A DNA stretch of 32,000 bases, taken from contig NZ_LN831039.1 of NCBI RefSeq assembly GCF_001457595.1, positions 5,910,001 through 5,942,000 on the forward strand, written 5' to 3'. The notes under the pieces are model-generated. The model was not told where the DNA came from and ran no database searches. It saw only the letters and a list, made by a program, of their open reading frames with translations. Below are positions 17,938-27,775 of the stretch, piece by piece. The stretch comes from Mycolicibacterium smegmatis. Lineage in GTDB: Bacteria; Actinomycetota; Actinomycetes; Mycobacteriales; Mycobacteriaceae. Made by a program: the position numbers and the translations under genes. Within the stretch, counting starts at the first letter, position 1. Each line of letters begins with the position of its first letter.

Positions 17938-18561
17938 ATGCGAACGCACGGGTGGTCCGGGTCGGCGCCCGCCACCGACGAGGAGGCGATCGCCCGCATC
18001 CTGGCCGCGGCGGGCAAGGCCATCGACGAGCGCGGGGCCGACTTCAGCATCGCCGACGTGGCCCGCACGCTCGGTGTCACCCGCCAGACCGTGTACCGCT
18101 ATTTCCCCAGCACCGACGCGCTGCTGGTGGCCGCGGCCGTGCACGCCGCGAGCGGTTTCCTCGACCGGCTCGCCGCTCATCTGGGCGGCATCACCGATCC
18201 CGTGGAGGCCGTCACCGAGGCGATCGCCACGGCGCTGGAATGGGTGCCGCAGGACAAACACCTCGGCCTGCTCATCTCCCCCGGCCGCGCCGACGCCCAC
18301 ACCGAATCCGTCACCTCCGACGTCGCGGTCGACTTCGCGCGCGCCATGTTGCGCAAGTTCGACGTCGACTGGGCGGGCCTGGGGTTCGGCGACGACGATC
18401 TCGACGAACTGGCCGAGCACCTGCTGCGGATCATCCAGTCGTTCATCATCGATCCGGGCCGCCCGCCGCGCACGGGTGCGACGCTACGGAGTTATCTGCG
18501 CCGCTGGGTCGGTGCCGCGGTGAAGCCGGCCCAGGCGTCAGTACAGTCGCCGCGAGTGTGA
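17938..18561 (+). CDS. TetR-family transcriptional regulator, 207 aa
   Basis: HTH region FSIADVARTLGVTRQTVYRYFPSTDALL. It starts 27 nt after the P450 stop. Confidence 0.85.
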   Translation: MRTHGWSGSAPATDEEAIARILAAAGKAIDERGADFSIADVARTLGVTRQTVYRYFPSTDALLVAAAVHAASGFLDRLAAHLGGITDPVEAVTEAIATALEWVPQDKHLGLLISPGRADAHTESVTSDVAVDFARAMLRKFDVDWAGLGFGDDDLDELAEHLLRIIQSFIIDPGRPPRTGATLRSYLRRWVGAAVKPAQASVQSPRV

Positions 18562-18610
18562 ATCCTCAGCGAGAAAATCGTCGATTTCTCGCAGAGGCTT
18601 CACACTCGCG
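18551..18610. terminator. Sixty-nt imperfect hairpin (24 bp paired, 8-nt loop) between convergent genes; candidate bidirectional terminator or TRIT/REP-like element
   Basis: Base-by-base pairing of 18551-18576 with 18585-18610 gives 12+4+8 bp with two single mismatches. The left arm starts on the TetR stop codon (18559-18561). The minus-strand gene stops at 18622. Confidence 0.5.
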
Positions 18611-18621
18611 AACCGGTGCCC

Positions 18622-19848
18622 TCACACCACGGTCAGCGGCAGCGACCTGCGCGGCTGGAACTCGAACGACGCGCCGCCGCTGATCTTGGCGACCGCAACC
18701 TCACCGAACTCCTTTGCCGCCGTCGCGGTTTCGACTATGCGGGCGGACCAGTGCTCGTCGGTGCCGACAACCTCTACGTCGAGGTGAGGATCGACGGCGG
18801 CGACGACGGCCTGCAGCGGCCGGGTCTCGGCGGGCCCGGTCAGCGCGATCCACGCGCGGTCCTCGTGTGCCGCGGACCGCTGGACCGACACGGTGTCCGG
18901 CCCGAACTCCGCGCTCACATAGGCGGCCGGGTTGAACATCGGATGCAGCTCGAGCACGCGTACCGCGCCCTCGATGCCGCCGGGCAGATCCAGTGCGCGG
19001 TGGATCCTCTCGGCCCCGAGCCCGGCCACACCGATGAGCTGTTTGGTGCAGATCTCGGTGGCCAGCGCGGTGTCGGCGCCGGCACGCGCACCGACGGCGA
19101 GCGCGAACGACAGGTTCAGCAGGTGCATCTGCAGGCACACCTCGTCGGCGATGCGCACGAGCGCCGAGTGTGAGAACGCCGAGAAGTCCAGATCCGATAC
19201 GAGCGGGCCCGAATAGTCGGCCTGCCCCTCATCGTCGGGATCGATCGGGTCGAGTTCAAGTTGCGCGGCGCGGGTGCGGCCGATCACGTCGAGCGCCGGG
19301 ATGAAGTCGACCTCCGGGAAGGACTCGTCGATGGTGACGGTCCACGCGCAGTGCGGATGCCGGTCGGCGGGGGTGCGCGGAGGCCGGTGGATGGGCCGCA
19401 CCCGGCACCTGCGGTTGGTGGCCAGGGCCGTGGCGTCGAACGTGGGGTCCTCGATGTCGTGGCACATGCCGCGCACGTACTCGTCCCCCATGGGTTCGAC
19501 GTCGAGCAGCGCACCGCAGTGGTCGAGGTGGAATTCGCCGTGCCACCGGTCGTGGACCGTGTAGCGGAAATCCATGAACTGCGGCGGCGCACCGATGTCG
19601 AGCTGCATGCCCTTGAAGATCGTGATGACGTCGACGCCCTCGTAGCCCAGCGCGCGTTGCATGCGCTTGGTGTAGATGGGGCTCGACGCCGCCCACTCCT
19701 CGATCGCGATCTGCACCATCTCTTCGCGGCCGAAATTGCTGATGCACCAGGCCATCCCGGAACGGTCGATCATCTGGCCCATGAGCAGCAGCTCGGGGAC
19801 CAGGGTCGCCAGTTCGTCGCGCGTGAGCCGGGCGAACCTACTTGTCAT
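18622..19848 (-). CDS. Hypothetical protein, 408 aa, with a Cys/His-rich N-terminal half and an apparent two-domain duplication
   Basis: Intact ORF with high third-position GC. Its start overlaps the upstream CMD gene by 11 nt (ATGACAAGTAG). I recognise no family. Confidence 0.7.
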   Translation of the reverse strand: MTSRFARLTRDELATLVPELLLMGQMIDRSGMAWCISNFGREEMVQIAIEEWAASSPIYTKRMQRALGYEGVDVITIFKGMQLDIGAPPQFMDFRYTVHDRWHGEFHLDHCGALLDVEPMGDEYVRGMCHDIEDPTFDATALATNRRCRVRPIHRPPRTPADRHPHCAWTVTIDESFPEVDFIPALDVIGRTRAAQLELDPIDPDDEGQADYSGPLVSDLDFSAFSHSALVRIADEVCLQMHLLNLSFALAVGARAGADTALATEICTKQLIGVAGLGAERIHRALDLPGGIEGAVRVLELHPMFNPAAYVSAEFGPDTVSVQRSAAHEDRAWIALTGPAETRPLQAVVAAVDPHLDVEVVGTDEHWSARIVETATAAKEFGEVAVAKISGGASFEFQPRRSLPLTVV

Positions 19849-20299
19849 CGAGTTTGCTTCCCGAATGCATCTTGACCGCGGCGTTGACGTTGGCTCGCCT
19901 TTTTTCGGCCGCGTCCTCCCGTTCCCCCTTCTCCGCGGCCTTCTTCCGGTTGCGCGCGACCTTACTGACCGCGCCGTCGAGCTTGGAACCCAACGGGAAC
20001 CCGAGGTAGTGCGTCAGGAACACCGCCACCTCCTTGAGTTCGTCGACCGTGAACTCCTCGTTGTGCAGCGCGGCGTTCACCTGGATCTCGGCGAGATCGG
20101 AATTGCCGACGGCCGTGACGGATGCGAGTGTGAGCAGGCGCTTCTCACGCATCGACAGACCCTCACGGGTCCAGATGGTGCCGAACAGGTGGTCGACGGT
20201 GAGATCGAAGTACGGGTCGCCTTCGATGTTGGGCATCTCCCAGCCGTAGACCTCGTTCATCTTCTCGAGGCCCTTGCGGCGCAGTTCGTCCATCGTCAC
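19838..20299 (-). CDS. Carboxymuconolactone decarboxylase (CMD/AhpD-like) family protein (Rv0771-like), 153 aa
   Basis: The core LSMREKRLLTLASVTAVG...LTHYLGFP resembles the CMD family. GTG at 20299 overlaps the upstream stop (GTGA). It has a Lys/Glu-rich C-terminal tail. Confidence 0.8.
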   Translation of the reverse strand: MTMDELRRKGLEKMNEVYGWEMPNIEGDPYFDLTVDHLFGTIWTREGLSMREKRLLTLASVTAVGNSDLAEIQVNAALHNEEFTVDELKEVAVFLTHYLGFPLGSKLDGAVSKVARNRKKAAEKGEREDAAEKRRANVNAAVKMHSGSKLDDK

Positions 20300-21150
20300 T
20301 CCTGCTCCTTCGAATGCGGTACACCGAGTCCGTCGGCGAGGCGTTCCAGCGCGATGTGCGCCAGCGGAAGCTCCACGCCCACCGACTCTCCCAGCCCGAG
20401 CGCGAGCGTCAGGTCCTTTTCGGCGAGCCCGCGGGTGTGGACGAACATGTCGTACAGCCAGTGGTCGGGGGTCAGCGGTTTGGTGTCGTCACGCACGATG
20501 ATCGCGCCGGGCCCGCCGCTCTGCGCATCGCTGTGCCGGACCACGCGACCGAGCTTCTGCAGGTCGATACCCGCGGCCTCGGCCAGTTTCATGGCCTCAC
20601 ACGATGCCGCGAAACCGATGAACGTCAGCATGTTCCTGGCCAGCTTCATGCGCGTGCCCGCCCCGGGTTCACCGGCCCGCACCACCAGCGACGCCCACTT
20701 CTTGAACACGGGCTTGACCGCGGCGTACGCATCGTCGTCGGCGCCCACCATCACCGCCAGCTCACCCTTGTCGGCCGCGCCCGCTCCGCCGCTGACCGGG
20801 GCATCGACGATGTGGATGCCCTTGGGCCGCAACTGCTCGGCGAGTTCGGGTGCGGTACCGGGTTCGATGGTCGAGTGGATCGCGACGACCGTTCCGGGTT
20901 TCGCGTGTTCGGCCAACTGCCCGACCACGTCGCGGACCTGCGCATCGTTGAGCACCGTGACGCTGATGACGTCGGCTGTCGCCACTGCGGCGACGCTGTC
21001 CGCGGCTTCCGCGCCCAGTTCCACCAACGGCGCCATCGCCTCGGCCCGCACGTCGAACACCGTGAGCCCGCCCGGCCAGTCGGCCAGACGTTTCGCCATC
21101 GGTGCGCCCTGGTTGCCCAGACCGATGTAGCCGAGCTTCACCCCGCTCAT
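20296..21150 (-). CDS. 3-hydroxyisobutyrate / 6-phosphogluconate dehydrogenase-like NAD(P) oxidoreductase (Rv0770-like), 284 aa
   Basis: ORF 20296..21231 trimmed to ATG 21150 (MSGVKLGYIGLGNQGAPMA, a GxGxxG motif). ATGA overlap with the upstream SDR stop. Confidence 0.85.
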   Translation of the reverse strand: MSGVKLGYIGLGNQGAPMAKRLADWPGGLTVFDVRAEAMAPLVELGAEAADSVAAVATADVISVTVLNDAQVRDVVGQLAEHAKPGTVVAIHSTIEPGTAPELAEQLRPKGIHIVDAPVSGGAGAADKGELAVMVGADDDAYAAVKPVFKKWASLVVRAGEPGAGTRMKLARNMLTFIGFAASCEAMKLAEAAGIDLQKLGRVVRHSDAQSGGPGAIIVRDDTKPLTPDHWLYDMFVHTRGLAEKDLTLALGLGESVGVELPLAHIALERLADGLGVPHSKEQE

Positions 21151-21911
21151 GAGCGGATGACCTGGCCACCGTCGACGTTGAAGATCTGGCCGGTGATCCA
21201 CCTGGCCTGATCGCTGAGCAAGAACAGGCACATGCCCACCAGATCCTCTGGTTGCCCCATGCGCGACAACGGGATTCCCTTGACGATGTCGTCCACCATC
21301 TCTTTGGGCGTGGTGGTGCGGTTGGCCTCGGTGTCGATGGGTCCGGGTGCGATCGCGTTGATGCGGATGTTCTGCCCGCCCAGCTCACGCGACAGCTGCT
21401 GTGTGAGGCCGTTGATGCCGACCTTGGCCAGGCCGTAGAAGTTCGAGTACAGCCACGCCGCGGTCGAGGACTGGTTGACGATCGCGCCACCGCCGCGCTT
21501 GGCCATCTTGCGGTACACCGCGCGTGTGCACACCAGCGCGCCGTCGAGGTTCACGCTCATGAACTTCTTGTAGTAGTCCCAGTCGACCGTGAGCAGGAAG
21601 TCGAGTTTCATACCGCCGAAGATCGCGGCGTTGTTCACCAGGTAGTCGATACCGCCGAACTCCGAGAGCGTCTGTGCGGCCATATCCTTGGCCGAGTCGA
21701 TGTCGGAGACGTCGACACGCACCGCGAGCGCGTTGCCACCCTCACCCAAGATCGCGTCGGCGACCTTCTGCGCGCCTTCGAGGTTGATGTCGGCGACCAC
21801 CACCGCGGCGCCCTCACGTGCGAGCGCCTCGGCGTAGGCCTGGCCGATGCCACCGCCGGCGCCGGTGACGATGGCCACCTTGTCCTCGAAGTTGGTGCCG
21901 TACTGTCCCAT
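21147..21911 (-). CDS. Short-chain dehydrogenase/reductase (Rv0769-like), 254 aa
   Basis: ATG at 21911 is preceded by AAGGAGA. Motifs TGAGGGIGQA, NNAAI and YGLAK (YxxxK). Confidence 0.9.
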   Translation of the reverse strand: MGQYGTNFEDKVAIVTGAGGGIGQAYAEALAREGAAVVVADINLEGAQKVADAILGEGGNALAVRVDVSDIDSAKDMAAQTLSEFGGIDYLVNNAAIFGGMKLDFLLTVDWDYYKKFMSVNLDGALVCTRAVYRKMAKRGGGAIVNQSSTAAWLYSNFYGLAKVGINGLTQQLSRELGGQNIRINAIAPGPIDTEANRTTTPKEMVDDIVKGIPLSRMGQPEDLVGMCLFLLSDQARWITGQIFNVDGGQVIRS

Positions 21912-21922
21912 TGCGGTTCTCC

Positions 21923-23392
21923 TTAACCAGCCAGCGTGGCGATGAGTTTGATCTCGGTGTATTCCTCGAAGCCGGCCAGGCCCATCTCCCTGCCGACACC
22001 GGATTGCTTGTAGCCGCCGAACGGTGCGTCGGCCGAGTACCAGGTACCGCCGTTGACGTTGACGGTGCCGACGCGCATGCGCGACGCCACGGCCTGTGCG
22101 CGGGCGTCGTCGCCGCTGAACACGGTGCCGGACAAGCCGTACGGCGAATCGTTGGCGATGCGCACGGCGTCGTCGTCGCCGTCGTGGGCGATCACGGTGA
22201 GCACCGGACCGAAGATCTCCTCGCGCGCGACGCGGGCGTTGTTGTCCAGGCCCGCGATCACCGTGGGTTCGATCCAGAAGCCCTTGTCCATGTCGGCGGG
22301 ACGTCCACCGCCGCACGCGAACCGCCCGCCCTCCTTGATCGCGAGATCGAGGTAGGACTGCACGCGGTCACGCTGGCGCGCCGAGATCACCGGCCCGCAC
22401 ACCGTGCGCTTGCTGGTGGGATCGCCGGGCTTGATCGAACCCAGTGTGCCCGCGGCGATCTCGACGGCCTCGTCGTAGCGGGCGCGGGGCACCACCAGGC
22501 GCGTCGTGATCGCGCAGCCCTGCCCGGCGTGCATCGCGACGGTGAACGCCGCCATGGAGCACGCACCGGTCAGATCGGCGTCGTCGAGCACCAGGAACGC
22601 GGACTTGCCGCCGAGTTCCAAAAACACCTTCTTGATGGTCAGCGCGGCGTCGGTCATCACCGCACGGCCCGTGGCGGTGGAACCGGTGAACGAAACCATG
22701 TCCACGCGCGGGTCTTTCGACAACAGGGCGCCGACGGAGTGGTCGCTCGACGTGACGATGTTGATCACGCCGGGCGGGAAATCGGTGTGCTCGGTGATGA
22801 TCTGGCCCAGCACCGCAGCCGCCCACGGCGTGTCGGGGGCCGGTTTGAGGACCAGCGTGTTGCCCGCCGCGAGCGCCGGGCCGACCTTGGCCAGGTTGAT
22901 CTGGTGCGGGAAGTTCCACGGCGTGATGGCGCCGACGACACCGACGGCCTCGCGGGCGATGACCCGGTCGGTGGGGATGCCCTGCGGTGTCGCATGTCCG
23001 AGATCGGTGCGCCACGGATAGTTCTCGGCGGTGTCGGCCGAGAACGCGAGATCGTCGATGGGCCCCTCCAACTGGGCGCCCGAGGTGAGCATGCGCGGCG
23101 CGCCGACCTCGGCGATCGTCAGGTCCCGCAACTCCTCGACATGCTCGCGCAGCGCGTCGCGCAGCTGCCGGATGCAGCGCACGCGCAGTTCGGTGTCGGT
23201 CGACCAGTCGGTGTCGTCGAATGCGCGGCGGGCGGCCTCGATGGCATCTCCCATGTCCTCGGCCGTCGCGTCGGCGGCCACACCGAGCACCTCCTCGGTG
23301 GCCGGGTTGACGGTGTCGAACACGCCTTTCCGGCCTGCGACGAGTTTGCCGTCGATGAGCAGTTGACTCTGGCGATCGGCCAGTAGCGGCAT
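21923..23392 (-). CDS. aldA: NAD-dependent aldehyde dehydrogenase, 489 aa
   Basis: ORF 21923..23539 trimmed to ATG 23392 (GGAG 7 nt upstream). Motifs ELGGKSA, GQGCA (catalytic Cys), FTGSTATG, EEIFGPV. Position and length match Mtb AldA (Rv0768). Confidence 0.9.
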   Translation of the reverse strand: MPLLADRQSQLLIDGKLVAGRKGVFDTVNPATEEVLGVAADATAEDMGDAIEAARRAFDDTDWSTDTELRVRCIRQLRDALREHVEELRDLTIAEVGAPRMLTSGAQLEGPIDDLAFSADTAENYPWRTDLGHATPQGIPTDRVIAREAVGVVGAITPWNFPHQINLAKVGPALAAGNTLVLKPAPDTPWAAAVLGQIITEHTDFPPGVINIVTSSDHSVGALLSKDPRVDMVSFTGSTATGRAVMTDAALTIKKVFLELGGKSAFLVLDDADLTGACSMAAFTVAMHAGQGCAITTRLVVPRARYDEAVEIAAGTLGSIKPGDPTSKRTVCGPVISARQRDRVQSYLDLAIKEGGRFACGGGRPADMDKGFWIEPTVIAGLDNNARVAREEIFGPVLTVIAHDGDDDAVRIANDSPYGLSGTVFSGDDARAQAVASRMRVGTVNVNGGTWYSADAPFGGYKQSGVGREMGLAGFEEYTEIKLIATLAG

Positions 23393-23415
23393 CGCTGAAC
23401 TCCACTTCGCAATCC

Positions 23416-23438
23416 TGGACAGCTGTCTGGCTGTCTGG
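23416..23438. promoter_or_regulatory. Candidate TetR operator O1 (TGGACAgcTGTCTG, containing the perfect palindrome GACAGCTGTC) followed by a tandem CTGTCTGG x2
   Basis: Read directly in the aldA/tetR divergent region, 24 nt upstream of the aldA ATG. It shares the TGGACA half-site with 23571-23584. Confidence 0.35.
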
Positions 23439-23570
23439 TTCCGAACCATAGCCCCAGCCCGAGGCAAGCCGCAAGAGTGAGCGGAGTCCACAGCGCTCTC
23501 GACGCGAAATATGGCCTTGAACTGCGGATTACGTCCCACACTTGCCCGCGGCCGTCGCGCTCGGCTAACT

Positions 23571-23584
23571 TGGACATGTGTCCA
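23571..23584. promoter_or_regulatory. Candidate TetR operator O2: perfect inverted repeat TGGACAtgTGTCCA overlapping the tetR GTG start
   Basis: Read directly: 6+6 arms with a 2-nt spacer, covering the start codon at 23578. Confidence 0.35.
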
Positions 23585-24177
23585 GCGATGCAGTGGCTGC
23601 AGTCACACCGTCCGGTGGCGAGACGCCGCGCAACCGTCGCCAGGAGGAGACCTTCCGCAAGGTGCTCACCGCGGGCATCGAGATGCTGCGGGAGTCGTCG
23701 TACGCCGACCTGACGGTGCGCGCCGTCGCGGCGCGCGCCAAGGTGGCCCCGGCCACGGCCTACACCTACTTCTCGTCCAAGAACCACCTGATCGCCGAGG
23801 TGTACCTGGACCTGGTGCGCCAGGTGCCGTACTTCACCGATGTCAACGACTCCATGAAGACGCGCGTGGACAAGGCGCTGCGGGCGTTGACCCTTGTGGT
23901 CGCCGACGAACCCGAGGTGGCGGCGGCCTGCACCACCGCACTGCTCGGCGGCGGCAGCGACGAGGCGGTCCGTGCCGTGCGCGACCGGATCGGCGCCGAG
24001 ATCCACAAGCGGATCCGCTCGGCCGTCGGCCCGGATGCGGACCCGCGCACCGTGTCGGCCCTGGAGATGACGTTCTTCGGCGCGCTGGTCAATGCCGGCA
24101 GCGGCGCCTTCACCTACCACCAGATCGCCGACCGCCTCACCTACGTGGTCGGGCTCATCCTGGGAGAGGACCGATGA
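23578..24177 (+). CDS. TetR-family transcriptional regulator (Rv0767c-like), 199 aa
   Basis: HTH region SYADLTVRAVAARAKVAPATAYTYFSSKNHLI. GTG start. Its stop overlaps the cyp123 ATG (ATGA at 24174-24177). Confidence 0.85.
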   Translation: MSSDAVAAVTPSGGETPRNRRQEETFRKVLTAGIEMLRESSYADLTVRAVAARAKVAPATAYTYFSSKNHLIAEVYLDLVRQVPYFTDVNDSMKTRVDKALRALTLVVADEPEVAAACTTALLGGGSDEAVRAVRDRIGAEIHKRIRSAVGPDADPRTVSALEMTFFGALVNAGSGAFTYHQIADRLTYVVGLILGEDR

Positions 24178-25376
24178 GTTTGCCGACCGTCGAACCCGTA
24201 CTCGACCCGTACGACTACGACTTCCACGAGGATCCGTATCCGTACTACAAGCGACTTCGCGACGAGGCGCCGCTGTACCGCAACGACGAACGCAACTTCT
24301 GGGCGCTGTCGCGCCACGAGGACGTGCTCAAGGGATTCCGCAACAGCACCGCGCTGTCCAACAAGCACGGTGTGTCGCTGGATCCGGTGTCGCGCAACGA
24401 CGAGGCGCATCGCGTGATGTCGTTTCTCGCACTCGACGATCCGGCACACCTGCGGTTGCGCACGCTGGTGTCCAAGGGTTTCACGCCGCGGCGCATCCGG
24501 GAGCTGGAGGCGCGGGTCACCGAGATCGCCGTGCAGCATCTCGAAATTGCCCTGCAGTCGGACAGTTTCGACTTCGTCGACGACTTCGCGGGCAAGCTTC
24601 CGATGGACGTCATCTCCGAGCTCATGGGCGTCCCCGAAGAGGACCGCGTGCGGATCCGTGCGCTGGCCGACGGTGTCATGCACCGTGAGGACGGCGTGGC
24701 CGACGTGCCGGCCTCGGCCATCGCGGCCTCCGGTGAACTGCTCGTGTACTACGCCGACATGGTCAAGAGGCGTCGCCGCAACGTCAGCGACGACCTGACC
24801 TCGGCGCTGGTCGAGGCCGAGATCGACGGTGACAAGCTCACCGACGACGAGATCATGGCGTTCCTGTTCCTCATGGTCGTCGCCGGTAACGAGACCACCA
24901 CCAAACTCCTTGCCAATGCCGCCTATTGGGGTTTCAAGAACCCCGATCAGCTGGCGCCGGTGTTCGACGACCACAGCCAGATCCCCCTGTGGGTCGAGGA
25001 GACGCTGCGCTACGACACCTCCAGCCAGATCCTCGCGCGTGCGGTGGTGGAAGATTTGACGTTCTACGGCACGACGGTGCCCGCGGGTGACGTGCTGGTG
25101 CTGCTGGCCGGTTCGGCCAACCGTGACGAGCGGGCGTTCGACGACCCCGACGAGTACCGCATCGGCCGTGACATCGGTTCCAAGCTCGTCAGTTTCGGCA
25201 GCGGTGCCCATTTCTGCCTCGGCGCGCATCTGGCGCGTATGGAGGCCAGGGTCGCGCTGGCCGAGTTGTTCAAGCGGATCCGCGGATACGACGTGGACGA
25301 ATCCGCGTCCGTGCGGGTGCATTCCAGCAGCGTCCGCGGTTTCGCTCACCTTCCGATCACAGTGGAGAAACGCTAA
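24174..25376 (+). CDS. cyp123: Cytochrome P450, 400 aa (CYP123-like by position)
   Basis: ORF 23511..25376 trimmed to ATG 24174. Heme loop FGSGAHFCLGAHLA, AGNETTT, ETLRY. The position between tetR and SDR-cyp51 matches Mtb Rv0766c. Confidence 0.88.
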   Translation: MSLPTVEPVLDPYDYDFHEDPYPYYKRLRDEAPLYRNDERNFWALSRHEDVLKGFRNSTALSNKHGVSLDPVSRNDEAHRVMSFLALDDPAHLRLRTLVSKGFTPRRIRELEARVTEIAVQHLEIALQSDSFDFVDDFAGKLPMDVISELMGVPEEDRVRIRALADGVMHREDGVADVPASAIAASGELLVYYADMVKRRRRNVSDDLTSALVEAEIDGDKLTDDEIMAFLFLMVVAGNETTTKLLANAAYWGFKNPDQLAPVFDDHSQIPLWVEETLRYDTSSQILARAVVEDLTFYGTTVPAGDVLVLLAGSANRDERAFDDPDEYRIGRDIGSKLVSFGSGAHFCLGAHLARMEARVALAELFKRIRGYDVDESASVRVHSSSVRGFAHLPITVEKR

Positions 25377-26200
25377 ATGGCCCGTTTTGAACCCCACCCT
25401 GCCCGCAGGCCAGCGATCGTGGCCGGCGCGTCCTCCGGGATCGGCGCCGCGACCGCGACCGAGTTGGCGGCCCACGGGTTCCCGGTCGCGCTCGGCGCGC
25501 GCCGGGTCGAGAAGTGCCAGGAACTCGTCGACCAGATCACCGCCCGCGGCGGTGAGGCCGTCGCACTGCCGCTCGACGTCACCGATGCCGACTCGGTGAA
25601 ATCGTTCGTCCACGCCGCGACCGAGGCGCTCGGCGACATCGAGGTGCTGATCGCCGGGGCCGGTGACACCGATTTCGGGCGCCTGCACGAGATCAGCACC
25701 GAGGAGTTCGAGCAGCAGGTGCAGATCCATCTGATCGGCGCCAATCGGATGGCCACCGCGGTGCTGCCCGGCATGGTGGAGCGCCGCCGCGGCGACGTCA
25801 TCTTCGTCGGGTCCGACGTGTCGCTGCGTCAGCGTCCCCACATGGGCGCCTACGGCGCCGCCAAGGCCGGGCTGCTCGCGATGGTGAACAACCTGCAGAT
25901 GGAGCTCGAGGGCACCGGCGTGCGCGCGTCGATCGTGCACCCGGGACCCACCCGCACGTCCATGGGCTGGAGCCTGCCCGCCGAGAAGATCGGTCCGGCG
26001 CTTGAGGATTGGGCCAAGTGGGGCCAGGCGCGTCACGACTACTTCCTGCGGGCCGCCGACCTGGCCCGGGCCATCACGTTCGTCGCCGAGACGCCGCGCG
26101 GCGGGTTCATCGCGAACCTGGAGATCCAGCCCGAGGCGCCGCTGGCCGAGGTGACCGACCGTCAGAAACTTGCCCTCGGTGAAGAAGGGATGCCGAACCA

Positions 26201-26204
<4 letters not shown>
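25377..26204 (+). CDS. Short-chain dehydrogenase/reductase (Rv0765c-like), 275 aa
   Basis: AGASSGIGAA and YGAAK (YxxxK). The ATG directly abuts the cyp123 TAA (TAAATG). Confidence 0.9.
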
Positions 26205-27764
<1,560 letters not shown>

Positions 27765-27775
27765 GGATCAGGACA

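Noticed and set aside
17931-17944. Short palindromes in other intergenic regions: TTCGCgcatGCGAA over the TetR ATG (17931-17944), GAGACGgtCGTCTC (31208-31221), CGTGT-8 nt-ACACG (16642-16659) and GACCAATCATCAGTC near 14336.
   Set aside because: With this base composition I estimate that 5-6-bp-arm inverted repeats with small spacers occur by chance on the order of 100 times in 32 kb, and several times in the intergenic DNA alone. Without a second related site they cannot be called operators.
23423-23438. Tandem CTGTCTGG x2, and the Pro-rich coding repeat-like stretch at about 14520-14600, as possible CRISPR or VNTR-type arrays.
   Set aside because: There are only two short copies with no spacers. 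The Pro-rich stretch is an in-frame linker (PGQPAPQTPPAPQAPPVPLEPP) of the exported esterase. Nothing in the window has CRISPR repeat-spacer periodicity.
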